64,000 nucleotides of DNA, taken from contig NIVC01000037.1 in NCBI GenBank assembly GCA_002269645.1, positions 124,001 through 188,000 of the forward strand. Reading direction: 5' to 3'. The notes under the pieces are model-generated. The model was not told the origin of the DNA, did not search any database, and saw only the letters and a list, made by a program, of their open reading frames with translations. Source of the DNA: Macrostomum lignano (Eukaryota). Made by a program: the position numbers and the translations under genes. Each line of letters begins with the position of its first letter. Position 1 is the first letter of the stretch. Positions 23,944 through 37,201 of the stretch are shown one piece after another.

Positions 23944-26900
23944 CTACAAGCCGCTAGCCTTCTGCCTGATGAAGGACTTGAAATCGTCAAGATTGTGCGC
24001 AATCCAGTTAATGTTTGCCTTCACCGACTCGAGGCTCTGGAAGGCGCTGCGCCAACCAGACTGCAGGTCTCTGTTCGCGAAGAAGCTGGACAGCTGGCAG
24101 AGTTTGAGAAGGGGTGGGGATTTGCTTGCACCACTTTGGTGACGATTCAATTGTGCCACATTTCTCTGATAAAGTGACTTCTCACTCACTTAAAAGCCTG
24201 ACACAAATCTAGCGAAAACATAACATAAGTCTGACACAAAATTGACACCTGACACAAACCTGACACCTGACACAAAATTGACACCTGACACAAACCCCAC
24301 TGCACACCTGACACAAACCTGACACCTGACACAAAATTGACACCTGACACAAACCCCACTGCACACCTGACACAAACCTGACACCTGACACAAAATTGAC
24401 ACCTGACACAAACCTGAAACCTGACATTTGAAACAAACCCGAAACCTGACACAAAATCCGACATCTGACACAAAATCCGACATCTGACACAAAATCCGAC
24501 ATCTGAAACAAAATCCGACATCTGGCACAAAATCCGACATCCGACACAAAATCCGACATCTGACACAAAAATCTGACATCTGACACAAAAATCTGACATC
24601 TGACACAAAATCCGACATCCGACACAAAAATCCGACATCTGACACAAAATCCGACATCTGACACAAAATCCGACATCTGACACAAAATCCGACATCTGAC
24701 ACAAAATCCGACATCTGACACGAAATCCGACACCTGACACAAAGCCCGACACCAGATGCAGACCTGACACATGACCCCCAGGTAAACTCACCCGCTGATA
24801 ATCGTATTCGGTGTGGAATTCAGCCGGGAATTTGGTGACCTCAGTGAGAGTGAACGCCATGTCATATCGCTCCATCATGATGTCCCAGTTGCGCTCGAAG
24901 TAGCTCCACACCAGCTCCCTGAGGCCGCTCCGTCTGCAAAGCTTGGCCGCAATGCTAAACGCTTCTTGCGAATTCAAGTTGAGCAGGCTTTGAATTAGCC
25001 TAAAATTAGGGGATATTGGGGGCGCTGACGTCTCACACCACTGCTGACTGACTGACGTCTCACACCACTGCTGACTGAAATCTCATATCACTCCTAACTG
25101 ACTGACATCTCGCACCACTGCTGACTGACATCTCACACCACTGCTGACTGACTGACGTCTCACACCACTGCTGACTGACTGACATCTCATACCGCTGCTG
25201 AGTGACTGACATCTCATACCACTGCTGACTGACTGACATCTCATACCACTGCTGACTGACTGACATCTCATACCACCGCTGACTGACTGACATCTCACAC
25301 CACTGCTGACTGACTGACATCTCACACCACTGCTGACTGACTGACATCTCATACCACTGCTGACTGAAATCTCACACCACTGTTGACTGAAATCTCATAC
25401 CATTGCTGATTGACATCTCACACCACTGCTGACTGACTGACGTCTCACACCACTTCTGACTGACGTCTCATACCACTGCTGACTGACTGACATCTCATAC
25501 CACCGCTGACTGACTGACATCTCACACCACTGCTGACTGACATCTCATACCACTGCTGACTGACTGACATCTCATACCACCGCTGACTGACTGACATCTC
25601 ACACCACTGCTGACTGACATCTCATACCACTGCTGACTGACTGACATCTCATACCACCGCTGACTGATTGACATCTCACACCACTGCTGACTGACTGACG
25701 TCTCACACCACTTCTGACTGACGTCTCATACCACTGCTGATTGACATCTCACACCACTGCTGACTGACTGACGTATCACACCACTGCTGACTGACTGACG
25801 TATCACACCACTGCTGACTGACTGACGTCTCACACCACTTCTGACTGACGTCTCATACCACTGCTGACTGACTGACGTCTCACCCATATATAGATGAGTC
25901 ATCGCATCTCTCTCCCACCCCATCGGTCTGAGTCATCGCATCTCTCTCCCACCCCATTGGTCTGAGTCATCGCATCTCTCTCCCACCCCATTGGTCTGAG
26001 TCATCGCATCTCTCTCCCACCCCAGTGGTCTGAGTCATCGCATCTCTCTCCCACCCCAGTGGTCTGAGTCATCGCATCTCTCTCCCACCCCATTGGTCTG
26101 AGTCATCGCATGTTTCAATTCACTGGGAAAAGGCGCACCGGTAGTTAGTGTCCACATCGGAGGACATGGCCAAGGCTGAGCACACGTGCTTGGCCTCAGA
26201 ATAGGATTCAATCTCGTTCAGCCGGTTCTTGAAGAACTGCCAGTCGCTGGTGTTGCCTTTGTAGACGCCAATCTCATAGATGAGTTCGATTTCGTCTGGT
26301 GGCAGGCTGTGGGTGAGGATCCAGGTGGGTGGGGATCCAGGTGGGTGGGGATCCAGGTGGGTGGGGATCCAGGTGGGTGGGGATCCAGGTGGGTGGGGAT
26401 CCAGGTGGGTGGGGATCCAGGTGGGTGGGGATCCAGGTGGGTGGGGATACAGGTGGATGAGGATCCAGGTGGGTGAGGATCCAAGTGGGTGTGAATCCAC
26501 GTGGGTGACGATCCAGGTGGGTGAGGATCCAGGTGGGTGAGGATCCAGGTGGATGAGGATCCACGTGGGTGACGATCCAGCTGGGTGAGGATCCAGGTGG
26601 GTGAGGATCCAGGTGGATGAGGATCCACGTGGGTGACGATCCAGCTGGGTGAGGATACAGATCGGTGAGGATCCTTAAAAAGGCAGCGCTGGTCACTTAC
26701 GGAAAGCTGGTGTTGGCTCTCCACTGCTGATACATCTTAAACAGCTTGTTGGTTACCAGGGGCTCGTCCACCATCACGGCTATCTGGTTGAGTGTCTGTC
26801 GCTTAATACTGGAAGTCAAAAATGGGGGTTATGCGCGCAGAGATAATCTGACGATGATTGAAGAATCTCACCCTGAAAATCTCCTACCGAATCTTAACAA

Positions 26901-29900
26901 TTTTTTGAGAATCTCACCCTGAGAAGCTTGCATCACAATCTCACACTATTTGAGAATCTCACCCTGAGAATCTACTACTGAAAGCTCACACTATTTGAGA
27001 ATCTCACCCTGAGAATCTACTACTGAAATCTCACACTATTTGAGAATCTTACCCTGAGAATCTCCTACTGAAATCTCACACTATTTGAGAATCTCACCCT
27101 GAGAATCTACTACTGAAATCTCACACTATTTGAGAATCTCACCCTGAGAATCTCCTACTGAAAGCTCACACTATTTGAGAACCTCACCCAGAGAATCTAC
27201 TACTGAAAGCTCACACTATTTGAGAATCTCACCCAGAGAATCTACTACTGAAAGCTCACACTATTTGAGAACCTCACCCAGAGAATCTCCTACTGAAATC
27301 TCACACTATTTGAGAATCTTACCCTGAGAATCTACTACTGAAAGCTCACACTATTTGAGAATCTCACTCTGAGAATATTGCATCGAATTCTCAAAATTTT
27401 TGAAAATCTCACCCTTCAATAAATGAAACAAAAAATCCCAACCCTAAGAATCAAATCGAATGAAAATCTCTAGGTGAGAAGTTTTGCATCGGAAACAGAA
27501 CAGCAATTCCCCAAATAATTTTCGAACGCTCACCGCTCCATGTGAGTGAGTTCCGCCTCTTTCTTGCTAAGAATATTTCTCAGCGGCCGGTTAAGAATTT
27601 TCACAATGAATTTGGACAGATCGGTCATGGCCTGCTGGTCGCCAGCGATCATCGGCCCGATCTCGCTGATCTTGTGCATCGCGATCGACCAGGGCGTGGC
27701 CGAGCTCAGGTGATCGTCTTGCAGAGTTTCGAATAGCTCGATGGGCACGGAGATGTTCAGCCGGTTGATGCTGCGGGTGCAGCAAAGAGAGGCGACAGTG
27801 AACCCGCAGCCAGTGAGGAGGCGGCCAGTCAGGCCCTGAGCAGGCACACGCTCACACAGGGTGTACACTGACAGTGAACCCGCAGCCAGTGAGGAGGCGG
27901 CCAGTCAGGCCCTGAGCAGGCACACGCTCACGCAGGGTGTACACTGACAGTGAACCCGCAGCCAGTGAGGAGGCGGCCAGTCAGGCCCTGAGCAGGCACA
28001 CGCTCATGCAGGTTGTACACTGACAGTGAACCCGCGGCCAGTGAGGAGGCGGCCAGTCAGGCCCTGAACAGGCACACGCTCACACAGGGTGTACACTGAC
28101 AGTGAACCCGCAGCCAGTGAGGAGGCGGCCAGTCAGGCCCTGAGCAGGCACACGCTCACACAGGGTGTACACTGACAGTGAACCCGCAGCCAGTGAGGAG
28201 GCGGCCAGTCAGGCCCTGAGCAGGCACACGCTCACGCAGGGTGTACACTGACAGTGAACCCGCAGCCAGTGAGGAGGGGGCCAGTCAGGCCCTGAGCAGG
28301 CACACGCTCACGCAGGGTGTACACTGACAGTGAACCCGCGGCCAGTGAGGAGGCGGCCAGTCAGGCCCTGAGCAGGCACACGCTCACACAGGGTGTACAC
28401 TCTCAGTGCCTTGGGGCTGGCCCTCATGAGTGTAAACTGCACGACAAACCACCTCAGGCCAATTTTTGTGCACACGTTTCATAATTTACAAAAAGTTTGC
28501 TAGTTTCTCTACTATGAGTAGCGAAAAGCGAAATCACTTACTAGGCAAGAGTGAAGGCGTCGTTCAGGAGGCCCGCTACGTCTGTGCTGTCAAAGTAGCC
28601 CTGCCGTGCAGAAATATTGCTGATAGATTCTCAAATACATATCTCAGATAGATCTAAAGTAGATCTCAGATAGATTTCAGATTTCAGATCTTTCATAAAT
28701 CTCATATAGATCTCATAGATCTCAGATAGATCTCATAGATCTCAGATAGATCTCATAGATCTCAGATAGATCTCATAGATCACAGATAGATCTCATAGAT
28801 CTCAGATAGATCTCATAGATCTCAGATAGATCTCATAGATCTCAGATAGATCTCAAATGGATCTCAAATAGATCTCAGATAGATCTCAGATAGATCCCAG
28901 ATAGATCTCAAATAGATCTTAGATCACACAGGGTCTCATCTTATACCAATTATTATCTCTTATCTCTCTTATCTCTTATCTTATCTCATATCTTATCTCT
29001 AATCTTATAGATCTCATACCAACTCAGATAGATCTCAGATAGATCTCAAATAGATCTCAGATAGATCTCATACCAACTCAGATAGATCTCTTATAGCTAG
29101 CTATCTATAACAGATCTACTTTACAAAATTTAATCCATTAAGTTACGCTGTTAATGCTCGATAGATCTAACGCATTTTATGTATCCATCTAAGTCTCAAT
29201 TTCAGTGAAATCTCATCTCAAGCTGATGGTTCACCTCTGTGCTCAGGCGGATGAGCTCACGCCAGTTGGACTGCTCATAGCTGCACCGGTACAGCCCAGT
29301 CTGGTTGAAGTTGATCTTCACGAATTTCGGCTGGTGATCCAACTCGATGGTCTTCTCCTCCTCAAGATCCATCCAGACCCAGCGGGGCTCGGAAATCTGG
29401 TCTGTCACGTACCGGATGGGGACTATCCACCTGAAGCCGAAGCGGCTGCTCGGCGCGTGTGAGAGAAAAACAGCTTGAGAGAATTCGAACTACAATTACC
29501 AACTCGATTCTACAATCACCAACTCGATTCTACAATCACCAACTCGATTCTACAATCACCAACTCGAATCTACAATCACCAACTCGATTCTACAATCACC
29601 AACTCGATTCCACAATCACCAACTCGAATCTACAATCACCAACTCGATTCTACAATCACCAACTCGATTCCACAATCAACAACTCGATTCTACAATCACC
29701 AACTCGATTCTACAATCACCAACTCGATTCCACAATCAACAACTCGATTCTACAATCACCAACTCGATTCTACAATCACCAACTCGATTCTACAATCAAC
29801 AACTCGATTCTACAATCACCAACTCGATTCTACAACAAAAAACTCGATTCCACAATCAACAACTCGATTCTACAATCACCAACTCGATTCTACAACCAAC

Positions 29901-31537
29901 AACTCGATTCTACAATCACCAACTCGATTCTACAATCACCAACTCGATTCTACAATCACCAACTCGATTCTACAATCCCCAACTCGATTCTACAACCAAC
30001 AACTCGATTCTACAACCAACAACTCGATTCTACAACCAACAACTCGATTCCTCAATCACCAACTCGACTCTACAATCAGATTCACACCTAGTCTGGTTGG
30101 ACTTCCAGATGCTGGTAGCGTTGGGCACCAAGAGGAATCGCTCCTGCCGAAAGTGCAGCTTGTTGCCTCGAATTCGAACGGTGACCAGGGGGTAGTTCAC
30201 CTGTGTGGTCCACGTGTCCATCACTCTGGTCAGGTTTCGCACAGGGCTGTTCGCGTGCGGTCCGGAGTCGCCGTTCTCTAGCATGTAAGCCTGCATTCCG
30301 CGGGGTCACGTGATGTAGTAAATATCAAATCATCAATACATTAAAGTCACGTTTAATTTAAAAAACCAAACAGCATCTCTCTCCCACCCCATCGGTCTGA
30401 GTCATCGCATCTCTCTCCCACCCCAGTGGTCTGAGTCATCGCATCTCTCTCCCACCCCAGTGGTCTGAGTCATCGCATCTCTCTCCCACCCCATTAGTCT
30501 GAGTCATCGCATCTCTCTCCCACCCCAGTGGTCTGAGTCATCGCATCTCTCTCCCACCCCAGTGGTCTGGTGAATCTTTGGTTCTCCCACTAAGATGAAA
30601 GTCGCGTTTCAACCGCAAAATTTATCAAGCCTCTGTTTGATTGCTAAAGTGCCAGTTAGATATCTTTTTGCACTGTAAAATTATGAGCCATAAGTTCGAT
30701 TTTCTAAGAAACGAATCCACCGAACCTCGCTGAAGGCGGCGAACAGATCGCTACTGGCCGCGTTTCTGCAGGGGAACCGGTTCAGGTAGATGATGAGGCC
30801 TCTCTTCAGCGTCCGCCTGCCGATGACGGCGTCCAGCATGCGGATCAAGGCGCTGCCTTTGAAGTAGCTGATGTCGTCGAACATTGACTCGATCTCGTTC
30901 GGGTCGGACAGCCCGGGCACGATGATCGGGTGCGAGTGCAGCAGGCTGTCCGTCTGCAGAGCCGAGGCTACGAACTCCACATAGCAACGGTCCATCTGAG
31001 TTGATGGAATTGGAAGCGCGTTGCTGGCTTTGAGCCTCTCCGATATGTCCCACTGTGGCTTCCCTTCTCTTCCCTGCTCTTCTCTTCCCTTCCCTTCCCT
31101 TCTCTTCCCTGCTCTTCTCTTCCCTGCTCTTCTCTTCCCTTCCCTTCCCTTCTCTTCCCTGCTCTTCTCTTCCCTGCTCTTCTCTTCCCTTCCCTTCCCT
31201 TTCTTTCTATTCCCTTCTCTTTCCTTTAAGTTCCTTCCCTTCTCTTCCCTTTTTTGCCTTTCCTTTCCGTCTATTATTTTTCTCGCTCGCCTCTCTCTCC
31301 CTGCCTTTTCACTCCTCTCTCTACTCTCTCACTGTCTCTCTATCCCCTCAGAGCTCGAACCCCGGACTCACCATGCTCCAGCCGGGCTTGAATGCGTCCA
31401 CGCCGATGTACTGCGTGAACACTGCGAATGCTTCGTTCAGCCACAGTTCGTCCCACCATTTCATTGTGACAATGTTTCCGAACCACTGCGGCGGGGCATG
31501 AGAGAGCGATCAGAGAATGGTTAGATCTGTTCAGTCT

Positions 31538-31583
<46 letters not shown>

Positions 31584-31585
31584 TA

Positions 31586-31616
<31 letters not shown>

Positions 31617-31646
31617 TAATCAATCAACCAATCAATCAATCAAATA

Positions 31647-31709
<63 letters not shown>

Positions 31710-31715
31710 TAAATA

Positions 31716-31789
<74 letters not shown>

Positions 31790-31844
31790 CCAATCAACCA
31801 ATCAATCAATTAATCAATCAATTAATCAATCAAATCAAATAAAT

Positions 31845-31903
<59 letters not shown>

Positions 31904-32205
31904 CCAATCAATCAATCAATCTGTGACATAGTGACACGATGAACTTTGCTATAGGTTGCATGCACTGAAGTGTTGACTCACTAGCAGTGGAGATGGTTAT
32001 TAACCGCCTTAGAGATTTGTATGGTATTCAACCCCCACCCCATGCGCACGCGATTGAATCGCACCCACCACCTCATTGCTAACTAATAAATGTTGTCAGC
32101 CTAGCTCTCAAGCGAGCACCCTTTTTTCACTCCTGCAATTCCACACTTCTGCCTCGCTTAACAAAGTTATCACACAATCAATCAATCAATCAATCAATCA
32201 AATCA

Positions 32206-32291
<86 letters not shown>

Positions 32292-35200
32292 CCAATCAAT
32301 CAATCAATCGCTTGTGGAAATTCGCTTGGTCCCCCTTTAATTTTTTTCCGGTCTCTGCCTAAGGGAAGCGACCGCCCCCCCCGCCCCCCTGGTTGCGCCT
32401 CTGTGGGGCAAATAAATTTATGCTTTGAATCACACCGAGGTTTGGACATAGACTGAGAGTAATTTTCCATGAAATTTCCATTTTATCCCATTTAAATATC
32501 AGTTCGAAGCCTTTTTTGCGCACATTACGAAATATTTGCTTCATATTCTTTCTTTGCTACTCTTCAGTAGGCGATCTTTCTAGATCTTTCTAGATTTCTG
32601 GAGGTCGGCCAATAAAGACCATTTTCAGTCTTAATGGGATCATATTATGTCAGCAACAGGATTTAACATCCGTTCTGTTGCTAGATTAGACGTTGGAATG
32701 CCTGCCCCACAAGGAGTTTTCAGGGAGACAGCTTCATGATGTCTATGACCTAATACTCATCGATTTTTATGGTTAAGTCCTTATCAATTTCTATGGTCAA
32801 ATTATTACTGATGTCTATGGTCAAATCCTCAATGTTGTCTATGGTCAGATCCTCAATGTTGTCTATGGTGAAAGTCTCACTGATGTCCATGGTGAAATCC
32901 TCAACGGTGTCTATGGTCAAAGCTTCAATGATGTCTATGGTCAAAGCCTCAAGGGTGTCTAAGGTCAGGTCCTCAATGGTGTCTATGGTCAAATCCTAAA
33001 TGGTGTCTATGGTCAAATCCTCAATGGTGTCTATGGTCAAATCCTCAATGGTGTCTATGGTCAAATCCTCAATGGTGTTTATGGTCAAATCCTCAATGGT
33101 GTCTATGGTCAAATCCTCAATGGTGTCTATGGTCAAATCCTCAATGGTGTCTATGGTTAAAGCCTCAACGGTGGCTATGGTCAAATCCTCAATGGTGTCT
33201 ATGGTTAAAGCCTCAACGGTGGCTATGGTCAAATCCTCAATGGTGTCTATGGTTAAAGCCTCAACGGTGGCTATGGTCAAATCCTCAATGGTGTCTATGG
33301 TTAAAGCCTCAACGGTGGCTATGGTCAAATCCTCAACGGTGTCTATGGTCAAATCCTCAATGGTGTCTATGGTCAAATCCTCAATGGTGTCTATGGTCAA
33401 ATCCTCAATGGTGTCTATGGTCTCAGGTCCTCAATGGTGTCTATGGTCAGATCCTCAACGGTGTCTATGGTCAAATCCTCAATGGTGTCTATGGTCAAAT
33501 CCTCAATGGTGTCTATGGTCAAATCCTCAATGGTGTCTATGGTTAAATCCTCAATGGTCTCTATGGTTAAATCCTTGACGGTGTCTATGGTCAAAAGAGC
33601 TTCTAGCAATCGATCCAATTCTTTCGTTCATTCAGTGAGGAATTCGCATTGGATGATTCCAGTGGATAATTGCTTGACTTGATCAGTCTCATTATTAACT
33701 TGACTGACAAAAAGCCCCATCGCCTCACCTGGTGAGCGATCTCATGCGAAATTACTTCAGCGATGGTCTGCTTGTCAATGGTGGTTGTGTAGTTTGGATC
33801 GTACAGCAGCGTTGAGAATCTGTAGATGATGAGGCCCCAGTTCTCCATAGCGCCAGCGGCAAACTGCGGCACTCCTATCATGTCTGGGAATTGGAGAAGA
33901 ATATTTCTCAAGCTTCAATTTATTGGAATTTCGCCCCCTAGCAACTGGATCAAAATTCCGGTTATTTCCTGTCAGCAGCCATTTGGTTAATCTCAAACGA
34001 ACCCAAGCCAATTATATATGAGTTCATCCCAATTAGTGGCGCTCTTAGTGAAATCTAGTTCAGCTTGTAAAACTTGTGTAGCGAACCGAGTTTCGGCAGC
34101 GGGTAGGACAGGTTGAACAGGTCCTCGAAGTACGGCAGCACCTTCTCCGTGACGCTCATGGCGAAGTCCAGCTGGTTCTGCGAGCTTGAAGGCGCCCAAA
34201 TGCCGACCTGCAAGTTTGAGGAGGCCGCCGCTGCTCTGCCTTGGTGTTCTCTCTTCTCAACTCTCATCTCTGCTCTCTTCTCTGCTCTCTTCTCTGCTCT
34301 CTTCTCTGCTCTCTTCTCTGCTCTCTTCTCTGCCCTCTTCGCTGCCCTCTTCTCTGCTCTCTTCTCTGCCCTCTTCTCAACTCTCTTCTCAACTCTAATC
34401 TCTGCTCTCTTCTCTGCTCTCTTCTCTGCTCTCTTCTCAACTCTCATCTCTGCTCTCTTCTCTGCTCTCTTCTCTGCCCTCTTCTCTGCTCTCTTCTCAA
34501 CTCTCTTCTCAACTCTAATATCTGCTCTCTTCTCTGCTCTCTTCTCAACTCTCTTCTCAACTCTCTTCTCAACTCTAATCTCTGCTCTCTTCTCTGCCCT
34601 CTTCTCAACTCTAATCTCTGCTCTCTTCTCTGCTCTCTTCTCTGCTCTCTTCTCTGCTCTCTTCTCAACTCTCATCTCTGCTCTCTTCTCTGCTCTCTTC
34701 TCTGCCCTCTTCTCTGCTCTCTTCTCAACTCTCTTCTCAACTCTAATATCTGCTCTCTTCTCTGCTCTCTTCTCAACTCTCTTCTCAACTCTCTTCTCAG
34801 CTCTCTTCTCTGCTCTCTTCTCTGCTCTCTTCTCTGCTCTCTTCTCTGCTCTCTTCTCTGCTCTCTTCTCAACTCTCTTCTCAGCTCTCTTCTCAGCTCT
34901 CTTCTCTGCCCTCTTCTCTGCTCTCTTCTCTGCTCTCTTCTCTGCTCTCTTCTCTGCTCTCTTCTCAACTCTCATCTCTGCTCTCTTCTCTGCTCTCTTC
35001 TCTGCCCTCTTCTCTGCTCTCTTCTCAACTCTCTTCTCAACTCTAATATCTGCTCTCTTCTCAACTCTAATCTCTGCTCTCTTCTCTGCTCTCTTCTCTG
35101 CTCTCTTCTCAACTCTCATCTCTGCTCTCTTCTCTGCTCTCTTCTCTGCCCTCTTCTCTGCTCTCTTCTCAACTCTCTTCTCAACTCTAATATCTGCTCT

Positions 35201-36511
35201 CTTCTCTGCTCTCTTCTCAACTCTCTTCTCAACTCTCTTCTCAGCTCTCTTCTCTGCTCTCTTCTCTGCTCTCTTCTCTGCTCTCTTCTCTGCTCTCTTC
35301 TCTGCTCTCTTCTCTGCTCTCTTCTCAACTCTCTTCTCAGCTCTCTTCTCAGCTCTCTTCTCTGCCCTCTTCTCTGCTCTCTTCTCTGCTCTCTTCTCTG
35401 CTCTCTTCTCTGCTCTCTTCTCAACTCTCATCTCTGCTCTCTTCTCTGCTCTCTTCTCTGCCCTCTTCTCTGCTCTCTTCTCAACTCTCTTCTCAACTCT
35501 AATATCTGCTCTCTTCTCTGCTCTCTTCTCAACTCTAATCTCTGCTCTCTTCTCTGCTCTCTTCTCTGCTCTCTTCTCAACTCTCATCTCTGCTCTCTTC
35601 TCTGCTCTCTTCTCTGCTCTCTTCTCTGCCCTCTTCTCTGCTCTCTTCTCAACTCTCTTCTCAACTCTAATATCTGCTCTCTTCTCTGCTCTCTTCTCAA
35701 CTCTCTTCTCAACTCTCTTCTCAGCTCTCTTCTCTGCTCTCTTCTCTGCTCACTTCTCTGCTCTCTTCTCTGCCCTCTTCTCTGCTCTCTTCTCTGCTCT
35801 CTTCTCTGCTCTCTTCTCTGCTCTCTTCTCTGCTCTCTTCTCAACTCTCTTCTCAACTCTCTTCTCAGCTCTCTTCTCTGCTCTCTTCTCTGCTCACTTC
35901 TCTGCTCTCTTCTCTGCCCTCTTCTCTGCTCTCTTCTCTGCTCTCTTCTCTGCTCACTTCTCTGCTCTCTTCTCTGCCCTCTTCTCTGCTCTCTTCTCTG
36001 CTCTCTTCTCTGCTCTCTTCTCAACTCTCTTCTCAGCTCTCTTCTCTGCTCTCTTCTCTGCCCTCTTCTCAGCTCTCTTCTCTGCTCTCTTCTCTGCCCT
36101 CTTCTCAACTCTCATCTCTGCTCTCTTCTCTGCTCTCTTCTCTGCCCTCTAATATTCATCTCCTTTTTCCTCTCTCACCTGGCCCGGTGAGACCGATTGG
36201 CTCACACTCACCTGGATAGAGCCTCTGCTAGTTTTCACCACCTTCTGCAGGGACACGTAGTCCATAGGCAGTACAGCATACGCCACCAGGTAGGTGCTCA
36301 TGACCACCGAGGTCTGGAAGATGTCCCTGTGGCAGCCAGACTGATTAGTGAGGTGACTGCACCGAGTGTCCGGGACCGTTCTTGCCTGGTCAGAGTTGTC
36401 AAGTTGGAATATTGTTTATGTATTGCTGAGGGACAACTAGAAAAGCCTCTTCTCATATCTCATATCTTCTAAGAAAAGCTGTCCCTGGTATTACTACTAA
36501 CTAACTAACTG

Positions 36512-36551
<40 letters not shown>

Positions 36552-36560
36552 GCTAACTAG

Positions 36561-36626
<66 letters not shown>

Positions 36627-36627
36627 G

Positions 36628-36686
<59 letters not shown>

Positions 36687-36687
36687 G

Positions 36688-36763
<76 letters not shown>

Positions 36764-36779
36764 GCTAACTAACTAACTG

Positions 36780-36810
<31 letters not shown>

Positions 36811-36819
36811 GACTAACTG

Positions 36820-36879
<60 letters not shown>

Positions 36880-36880
36880 G

Positions 36881-36911
<31 letters not shown>

Positions 36912-36912
36912 G

Positions 36913-36943
<31 letters not shown>

Positions 36944-36944
36944 G

Positions 36945-36978
<34 letters not shown>

Positions 36979-36979
36979 G

Positions 36980-37022
<43 letters not shown>

Positions 37023-37040
37023 GGCTAACTAAATAACTAG

Positions 37041-37082
<42 letters not shown>

Positions 37083-37116
37083 GACTAACTGACTAACTAA
37101 CTAACTAACTAACTAG

Positions 37117-37201
<85 letters not shown>

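Noticed and set aside
22510-28401. Regularly spaced 20-76-bp repeats as CRISPR arrays
   Set aside because: The units are head-to-tail with no unique spacers, there are no cas genes, and the context is eukaryotic and intron-containing.
32374-32403. CCCCCCTGGTTGCGCCTCTG resembling a hAT-type right terminus
   Set aside because: I found no matching left TIR or TSD nearby, so it is too short to call.
32750-33618. TIDTIEDL-repeat ORFs on the sense strand as an alternative aminopeptidase exon
   Set aside because: They are broken by a frameshift and a stop, have no convincing splice sites, and would insert within the HExxH-W zinc motif.
36496-37200. (TTAG)n as an interstitial telomeric repeat or branch-point array
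   Set aside because: It is a 4-bp unit, not TTAGGG or TTAGG. The CTAAC motif is on the antisense strand of the host gene.
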